Positions 51,131 to 59,134 of a stretch of DNA of 59,134 nt are shown piece by piece. A program made the translations under genes and the position numbers. Source of the DNA: Octopus bimaculoides (taxonomy: Eukaryota). The notes under the pieces are model-generated. The model was not told the DNA's origin. It did not search any database and saw only the letters and a list, made by a program, of their open reading frames with translations. The stretch lies in contig NC_068988.1 in assembly GCF_001194135.2 (NCBI RefSeq), positions 12,610,794 through 12,669,927 on the forward strand, read 5' to 3'. Numbering within the stretch: the first letter of the stretch is position 1; every line of letters begins with the position of its first letter.

Positions 51131-52755
51131 CTTTAAAAAGAACTTAGCTTCATATCAACATATTGATAGGAGACAAGATAAGAAACATTTTTAATGAAAA
51201 CTCAAGTCTTTGTTAAATGCTACAACTGCATTAATTTTCTTCATAGCCAGTTCCAGCTTTCAACAACTTAGCAGGAGTTGACACAGCAGGTAGTCGTGTA
51301 AATTTTAAATCATATTTATTGCTAAAATAGAGTTAGCAACCAAGAAGAGAAAGGTGTAAATTTATCATTTGATTTATCATACATAGTCAAAGCTTCATGT
51401 ACATGTGTAACACATAACGAGGTTGATTGACACCTAACTAGGTATAAATTATAATCTTTTGTTAGGTCAATAAAACCATGCTGGAGCAAAGCTTTTAATA
51501 TCATCATTTAAAGTTCACTTTCTCCATACTGGCATGGGTTGGACGGTTTCACTGGAACTGACCAGCTGAAGGGCTGTTCAGGTTCCCTGTCTGTCTGTTT
51601 TGGCATGGTTTCTCCGGCTGGATGCCCTTCCTAATGCCAACCACTTTACAGAGAGTACTGGGTGCTTTTGTGCAGCACCAGCATGAGTGCTTTTTACAAA
51701 GTAACAGCCCCTATGAGCCCACAAGATTAGGGATGCTCAGCTGGAGAGGTTTGCAGGAGATGAGCCTATATGCAAGGGCAACCTTGCTTTTAACTTAGCT
51801 TGACATATCTTTTGAAGCACAGTAAACTACCAGGAGTCTCCGTCCCCTGTCAGCCCTCTGTGTGTCCCAACGTCTGCAGTCAAGAACCAAGCTTCTTAAC
51901 CACACAGCCATTCATGGAACCTTGTCAGTAGGCAAACTGAAGCAACTTAGAGTAATAGGATTTGACAAGAAACAGAACACAGTTTTAAGTTTTTAACATG
52001 ACAGCCATATTACACGTCATATCTGACAGCTTTATTATAAGTTATATCTGTATTATTAATAGCTGAGATGTTTTTCCTTCTCGTATAAACAATATTAAAG
52101 AACCTCTTCCTAAACAGGTGATCAAGCTATCTATTTACACTGCAGTGACATCATCTTCAACCTCAAATTAATCCTAAATTAATTTTATCTTATCTTTAAT
52201 TGTTTACCATTAACTATAACACAAACTCTTAATCACAAGCCAAATCAGTAAAACATGTGAGGTTCAATTGCCATTAACGAGTTTGTAATTATGTTTGATA
52301 AATTCTTAACAAATGAATATTGACAATGATGTAATGTCATCATCGTTATCGTCGTTTTGACATCCACTTGCATAAACTGAATGGAATTTGCTGAGGTAGA
52401 TTTTCAATGGCTAGAGGCCCTTCTTGTCACTAACCCTCATCTGTTTCCGAATAAGGTAATATTTCCCCATGGCCAGATATATTTTCACAGAAAACTAGAA
52501 ACAAAGGACACCATTTGTTTACAACTATCAGATGTCAATGTAAGGAGACAGTAAAACACACACACACAAGTATCACAAGTTTCTGTCAACCAAATCCACA
52601 CACAAGGCTTAAATCGACCTGAGGCTATCGTAGAAGACACTTGCCTAAGGTATCACACAGTGGGACTGAACCCAAAAGTCATGTGGTTGAGAAGCAAACT
52701 TCTCACAACACAGCTTTGCCTGTGGCTCAAAATAAAAATTTGAACAATTAATTAT

Positions 52756-53107
52756 TACCTCCACCTTCACTAAGGCGGAGGTATTGTTTTCAGTCAGGTT
52801 TGTTAGTTTGTTTGCCTGTGGACAAGATATCTCAAGAACTGCTGGATGGATTCGGATGAAACTTTCAGGGTTGTTTGGTCTGATGACTGGCACAAACTAA
52901 TTAGATTTGGGGATCAATCCAGTACCAGACAAGGATTCTGGATTATTTTACCTGTTTTTTTTTTTACTTAATTTTTGAGAGCGGTCATTCATTTTTAGTA
53001 TTCTCGTTTGTGAGACCAGTTGAGTTTATTTCAGACATTCTCATTTTAAAAATCATCTCCAGCTAATTGTTGAGAGGATATTGGTGTTGCCTTGGCAGGG
53101 GGTTTGC
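52756..53107 (+). mobile_element. Helentron-like non-autonomous element, 3' hairpin missing
   Basis: TACCTCCACCTT-CACT-AAGGCGGAGGTA hairpin and a core homologous to 44853-45173. Confidence 0.72.
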
Positions 53108-53801
53108 AAGATTCTTGACATGAAATCATGTGTTGATTGGTCATCTTTTGTCAATTAAACACACACACACACACGATATATTTGGTCATCACTTCAGCTT
53201 TATTATTATTATAGTTTTTTTGTCAAAGTTCTTTCATCACACACTCTGTGACCTCTTCAGTGACTTTCTATCCCACAAGTCTCCTCTTGTTCTGCTTATT
53301 CCATTTCATCTTTCAGTGTCATGTATGTGTGACAAAAATGTAACAATATTAATTATTGATTTATTCATTTTCCTTGAAGTCATTTCTCATTCATATATTG
53401 ATCAATCAAGATAGGATACTTTGCTATGTTTGACATTAGTGTTTAATCTATTTAAGTCTACATAAAGAAGTTCCAATAAATAAAACACCTGTAGTGGAGC
53501 CTTGTAGTAGAGATGGTCTTGTGGTGTATTGGTCGGTTAACACAAGGCACAGGGTTCGATTACTCTGAAAAAAATTCATTAATTTACACCCTTGAATTGT
53601 TATTTACAAATACATTCTGTGATATTTATTGCCTAATGACCAAATACCAACAACTAACTCTATGTAGCAACAGAGTGAATCATCAGCTTAAAAATAAAAA
53701 TAAAACTAACATAGAGTATGTTTCCTTATGTTTGTACTCCAAAATGTATATATACAAACACACACACACACACAATTTACAGCACCCAATCAGCATGAAT
53801 T

Positions 53802-53930
53802 TGTGGAAGAGGGAAACCCAGGAAGATGTGGCACCAAGTCGCAAAGACCAACCTCAAGTTGTTGAGCCTCAACGAGAAAATGACAAATTATCAAGATGAT
53901 TGGCAATATGCTGCGCTTGAGAAGACCCAT
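53802..53930 (+). mobile_element. Old RTE LINE C-terminal fragment
   Basis: CGRGKPRKMWHQVAKTNLKLLSLNEKMTNYQDDWQYAALEKTH aligns with GRGRPRKTWAEVVRQDLRTLGLTEAMTTDRDLWK of the 11.4 kb copy. Confidence 0.7.
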
Positions 53931-56900
53931 CAATTTCAGAAAGTATGGGTCCTGATAAGCCTTCCCCCACACTACAATCACTTATCACCTCTTTCTCCTC
54001 CCTGACACCTCCTTCATTTCCCCCAGCAACTGATATTTACCATAAACCATGCCTCTGCCCATGTGTCCACCTCTATCCCCATCTCTAACCATCTGTCACT
54101 TTCCTTTCATACTCTCACAAACTTATACACCCAACCCAGCTGGGGCAGCCATATATTGCCTCTACAGTAGGGCACCTGTTCCTATTCCTCAATCAACACT
54201 TGGCATAAACCACCTACCTCAAGACTACACAAGTCTTGCAAGTTACTTGGTGACCTTGCCAGTGCTGATGCCTTGAGAAAAGAGAGCCCAGGACACACTG
54301 CAAGGCAGTTTAGCATTAGGAAGTGCATCCAGGCATAGAGACATGCCAAAAGATATTGGAGCTCAGCACAGTCCTCTAGCTCTGTTAAACAATCCAACTC
54401 ATGCCAGCATAGAAAACAGACAATTAACAATGATGATGAATGAATCATACGAATGTAAGTAATCTATATAAAACACAATATATCTAACATAAATTTAACA
54501 GAAGCCTACTGTAGGAATAAAGCTACACAATTGCTGTTTCCTAAAAGACAAACTCATTATCATTAATATGTATCATCAGTAACACCAATAGCTATTGCTT
54601 TTTTGTTTTGTTTTGTTTTTTTACTGTTAATGCCAATACAGTTTCAATTAGACAAGTGCTCTTGGTTCAATTTCAACTTTCGCCATTTAGTTTGTTTAGT
54701 TTTAATCTACGCTTTTAACATCAAAGCAGAAATGTCAGGTCTCTAGACCCATGAAGATTTATCCAGACATACAACTATCCACGCAATAATGATTGAACTG
54801 CAAAGTGTCTGCTGGTTGATATTATTAGTTCATTTAATTTCCTTTGAACCTCTGTATGCTTAGATGTTTCTGTTGTTATTATTATTGTTGTTTAGCACCC
54901 AGATCAAACCTGACTGAATAGACAGGACAAATTGATCAAAGATCTCCCATCCTTGACCATCCTGTCTTCTTTGAACATCTAAGACTACAGTATCCAATGT
55001 GACCTTCTTGTTTCAAGATGATAAGATGTGATTTGTGAAATATTGTTGTTGTTATAACCAACAAGCCAAGCCAGTTGACAGATGTATTGGAACATATTTT
55101 AGAGAACTAGAGAAGTAATGCAGTGGAAATATATACCATCATCATCAATATTTAATGTTCATGTTCCATGCTGCGTTAAAACAGACAGCAGGATGTAATA
55201 ATAAAGCTGAATTCAATATACTGCCATATAACAACAATGAATTAATATCTTCAAAACTGACTCCACACACATAACAGTAAAAGAATACTAGTTGACCTAA
55301 ATGTCTTTCAGTGATAAAAGCACAAACTTACATATTGCAGTAATATACAATTTGTTTGGAATGGTTTTTTGGGGGTTTTTTTTTCCTTTTTTGGTCATAG
55401 AATGAAAATTACGACTCCCATGCCAGTGGCACATGAAAAGCACCATCCGAATGTGGTCAATGCCAGTGACACATAAAAAGTACCATCTAAATGTGGTCGA
55501 TGTCAGTGCTGCCTGACACCCATGCCAATGGAACATAAAAGGCACCATCCAAACGTGGTCGATGTCAGTGTTGCCTAAATGGCTCCCATGCCAGTGTGTT
55601 AGGAAGGGCATCCAGCTGTAGAAACCTTGCCAGATCAGGTTGGAGCCTGGTGCAGCCTACTGGCTTACCAGTCCTCAGTCAAACCGTCTGACCCATGCCA
55701 GCATGAAAAAATGGACGTTAAACAATAATGATGATGATGTGATAAAACACCTCAAAAAACTTATGTTCTGAATTCAAATCCCACCATAGTCAATTTTGCT
55801 GTTCATCTTTTCAAGCTTAACCCTTTAGCATTTAAACTGACCATATCCAGCTCAAATATTCTACCTGGTTTATATAATAAAACTGGCCAGATCTGGTCAT
55901 TCACACCTGCCCTACAATGTCACTAAAAATAAGCAATCATATCATTAAAATTGCAAAGCTACAGCATAATGCATAATTAATTTAAAACAACGTGAATAAA
56001 TAAGCCATTACTTCTGACAGAGTAATCAGAATGTTAAAACATTAAATAAAACATCAATCAAAGGCTGCACAGGGGAACTGGGGTTAATGCTATTAACAAT
56101 ACCTATAAAGGTAGTGCCATAGCCCAACAACTGAAACTAGAAAAAGCCTCAGTTTTTTTTCTTTTTTTTTTTTTTTAATGAAGGAGGAAATATATAGTTG
56201 ATAACGTTAAACCTAGTACTTTTGTGTGGTTTTAGTCACTTGACTGCAAACATGCCAGGATATTTGCCTTGAGGGATTTTAGCTAATAATATTAACCGAA
56301 GTACTCTGTCTGGCACTTATTGACTTCAAAGAAGGTAGAAAGAATTGACCTGGGCAATAACTGAACTCAAAATCAAAACATACAGAGATATAACGAAATA
56401 CATGACATTTGCCAAACAATCTGCTGGTTTTGTCATCCACCTTGTCAGGCAAGCACTTCCTGTTTTAACCCTTTAGCATTCAGGTTATAATGCATGATTA
56501 GCTTAAAACAATCATCATCATCGTCATCGTTTAACGTCCGCTTTCCATGCTAGCATGGGCTGGACGATTTGACTGAGGACTGGTAAACCAGATGGCTACA
56601 CCAGGCCCCAATCTGATTTGGCAGAGCTTCTACAGCTGGATGCCCTTCCTAACGCCAACCACTCCGAGAGTGTAGTGGGTGCTTTTTTACGTGCCACCGG
56701 CACGAGGGCCAGTCAGGCAGGTACTGGCGACGGCCACGCTTGAAATGGTGTATTTTACGTGTCACCTGCACAGGAGCCAGTCCAATGTTTTGTTCACATT
56801 CCACTGGCACAAGTGCCAGTAAGGTGAAGCTGGAAACGATCATGCTCAAATGGTGCTTTTTACGTGCCACCAGCACGGGAGCGAGACCGCTGCTCTGGCA

Positions 56901-57239
56901 GTGATCCCACTCGAATGGTGCTGTTAGTGCTCCACTGGCATGGGTGCTAGTCATCAAATATGTGGAAAATGGGCATTTGATGATGATGAGGAGGAGGAGG
57001 AGGAAACACCTGCTGTACTTATTAACTGACTACTACAACAATGAGAAAGTTTATGTAGTCAGTAGACCTTCTAGAAATAGTCAAATGTCCCTCAAATCAC
57101 CCTACTTTCAGAAAATACAGATTTCTGTTGTCCATAAACTACATTTATACCAGATCTGTCTTTTGAAACCATATTTACTGATGTTGTTCATAGCCATATG
57201 CTTAAAGAAGTCCAAGAGACACCAGCATCAGTTGGTTAA

Positions 57240-57459
57240 CCCTTTAGCATTCAGATTATTCTGCCAATCATACTGCTTATTAATTCACATCGTTTTGAAT
57301 TAATTATGCATTGTCCCATAGCTTTAAGATCTCAATGATATGATTGTTTATTTTTAGAACAACATTGTAAGGTAGGTGTGAGGGGCTGGATCTGGAGGGT
57401 TTGAACATAAAACAGGTAGAATATTTCAGCCTGACATGGCCAGTTTAAATGCCAAAGGG
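57240..57459. mobile_element. piggyBac-type MITE, family 2 (220 bp, intact ends)
   Basis: TTAA|CCCTTTAGCATT ... AATGCCAAAGGG|TTAA. Related copies at ~1515-1670, 10480-10610, 47477-47948, 55821-56045 and 56470-56511. Confidence 0.8.
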
Positions 57460-58447
57460 TTAAATCAGCCCCATTACCTGACAAGTACTTTATTTTATCC
57501 ATTCTGGATGAGTATGGACAAAACTGACCTTTGAGGGATTTAATCTCAGAATGTAAAGGGCCAAAACTAAATACCACAATAACATTCTGATTCTGTCTAT
57601 CCACCATAAATGTAGTCCATGATAAATTTTGGTTCGACCAAGATTTGAGGTTAAACAACAACAAACTAAATACACATGAAAATTATAAAGTTGATGCACT
57701 GCTTATTTTCCAGTTACCCAGTCACAACACTTGTTTGCCTACTTTTCATAATTGATTTTTCAAGTCTTCGTTCTGCAGCTTAGTATATTAATTGTCAATC
57801 AGAATTCCAGTATTCATTTGCTGTTTAACCACAGCTCAACTCTAGCCAAGTAGTTATGTGATCCAAAGAGTTACGACTATGACCATCCCATTTTGTATTC
57901 AAAGAATATTTCTCAGAGCATAAACAAGAACTAAGTTTGGATATGAGGGACCACACTAAATAAACCAGTCCATAATCTCTCTCTTTCTCTCTCTCTCTCT
58001 CTCTTTAACTAGGTGTGTGCATGAATGTGTTTATCACATGAGAACACACACACACAGCAACTGGTTCTCCTTTTTCACATGAACCATTTGGTGTATCAAG
58101 GCAAAGTGCTAACTACTTTCTGCTAAGCAGTCTTTGGCAACTAGCAATGACATAAAGAAAGAAAAGAAAAAACAGTTTTGTGTGTGCAACAGTAGACATT
58201 ATGTATATGCAATCTTGCAACCCATTATATAGCCATAGGAGCAGATCGAGTAAAACAACTATATTGCCTAGATACACATGCCTCATTTCTAAGGAGAGTG
58301 GAAGAGTAGATTAAGAAATTATAACAGAATGGACCTTGGTATCTTACTGGTACACTTATAAATACCAGATGATTCACAGCAAGAAATCACAAAGGACATA
58401 AAATAATAAACACTTTAAAATGATAAAGGATCCCACGAACACACTAA

Positions 58448-58484
<37 letters not shown>

Positions 58485-58530
58485 GACGAGCACATAAGTG
58501 CAAGATGGAAAACATAGTACTCGATCACAG

Positions 58531-58568
58531 CCGTCCAACAAACAGGAATGTGAAACTCTGAGTAACAG
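58531..58568 (+). ncRNA. Degenerate minimal hammerhead-like motif
   Basis: ccgt-CCAACAA-ACA GGAA TGT-GAAAC TCTGA GT-A-ACAG. All three stems fit, but the core has three substitutions relative to CTGACGA. Confidence 0.4.
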
Positions 58569-58602
58569 TTTTGTGATAATTTTACTGCTTTAATAAAAAG
58601 TG

Positions 58603-58641
<39 letters not shown>

Positions 58642-58864
58642 ACGTGTTTGGAAGTACAAGCAAGAGAAAAAGAACTCAATACAAGAAATAGAGTTTATTC
58701 ATTTGAAGGTAATCATGGCGTTATTACTTAGAGTTTCTTGTGATGTGCTGTCCTCCAGATGCCGAAATGATAAAGCAAATTATATGATATGGACCACAGA
58801 CACACTGTGTATGTATATACAGATGTATATATGCACGAAATTAAATATATATATATATATATAT

Positions 58865-59134
58865 ATCATCATCATCATCGTTTAACGTCCGCTTTCCATG
58901 CTAGCATGGGTTGGACGATTTGACTGAGGACTGGTGAAACCAGATGGCAACACCAGGCTCCAGTCTGATTTGGCAGAGTTTCTACAGCTGGATGCCCTTC
59001 CTAACGCCAACCACTCAGAGAGTGTAGTGGGTGCTTTTACGTGTCACCCGCACGAAAACGGCCACGCTCGAAATGGTGTCTTTTATGTGCCACCCGCACA
59101 AGCCAGTGCAGGGGCACTGGCAACGATCTCGCTC
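58865..59134 (-). mobile_element. RTE 3' tail copy of a young subfamily; runs off the window edge
   Basis: Almost identical by eye to the reverse complement of 11853-12078 and very close to 34599-34903. Confidence 0.85.

Noticed and set aside
58922-58945. CTGAGGA-CTGGT-GAAAC in the RTE tail as a hammerhead
   Set aside because: Only 5 nt lie between the core halves, and they pair with the downstream ACCAG, so stem II cannot form.

Overview
AT-rich eukaryotic genomic DNA, dense in microsatellites and repeats, with four assembly gaps. The SINE/MITE landscape looks like Octopus (inference from repeat families I recognise, not from a search). The one well-supported gene is a minus-strand MFS transporter of the HIAT1/MFSD14 family. 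Four coding exons (28139-28231, 12406-12468, 9304-9431, 6623-6737) have canonical AG/GT sites, splice in phase and give 133 aa including motif A (GALSDVWGRK). The gene continues past the left edge of the window. A probable upstream exon (31977-32172) splices in phase, but its ATG frame is one base out of register with the transporter frame. A possible promoter/first exon lies near 42.2-42.3 kb, and two orphan minus-strand exon candidates lie at 48.9 and 51.1 kb. The rest is intronic or intergenic repeat: several tRNA-type SINE families, RTE LINE fragments (one with a PHD finger inside the RT), an R4/Dong-like RLE LINE end within (TAA)n, Tc1/mariner remnants, piggyBac-, hAT- and mariner-type MITEs (one four-layer nest), non-autonomous Helentron-like elements, and at least seven degenerate hammerhead-ribozyme-like motifs. 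Almost all ORFs in the supplied track are microsatellite, SINE or N-gap artefacts.
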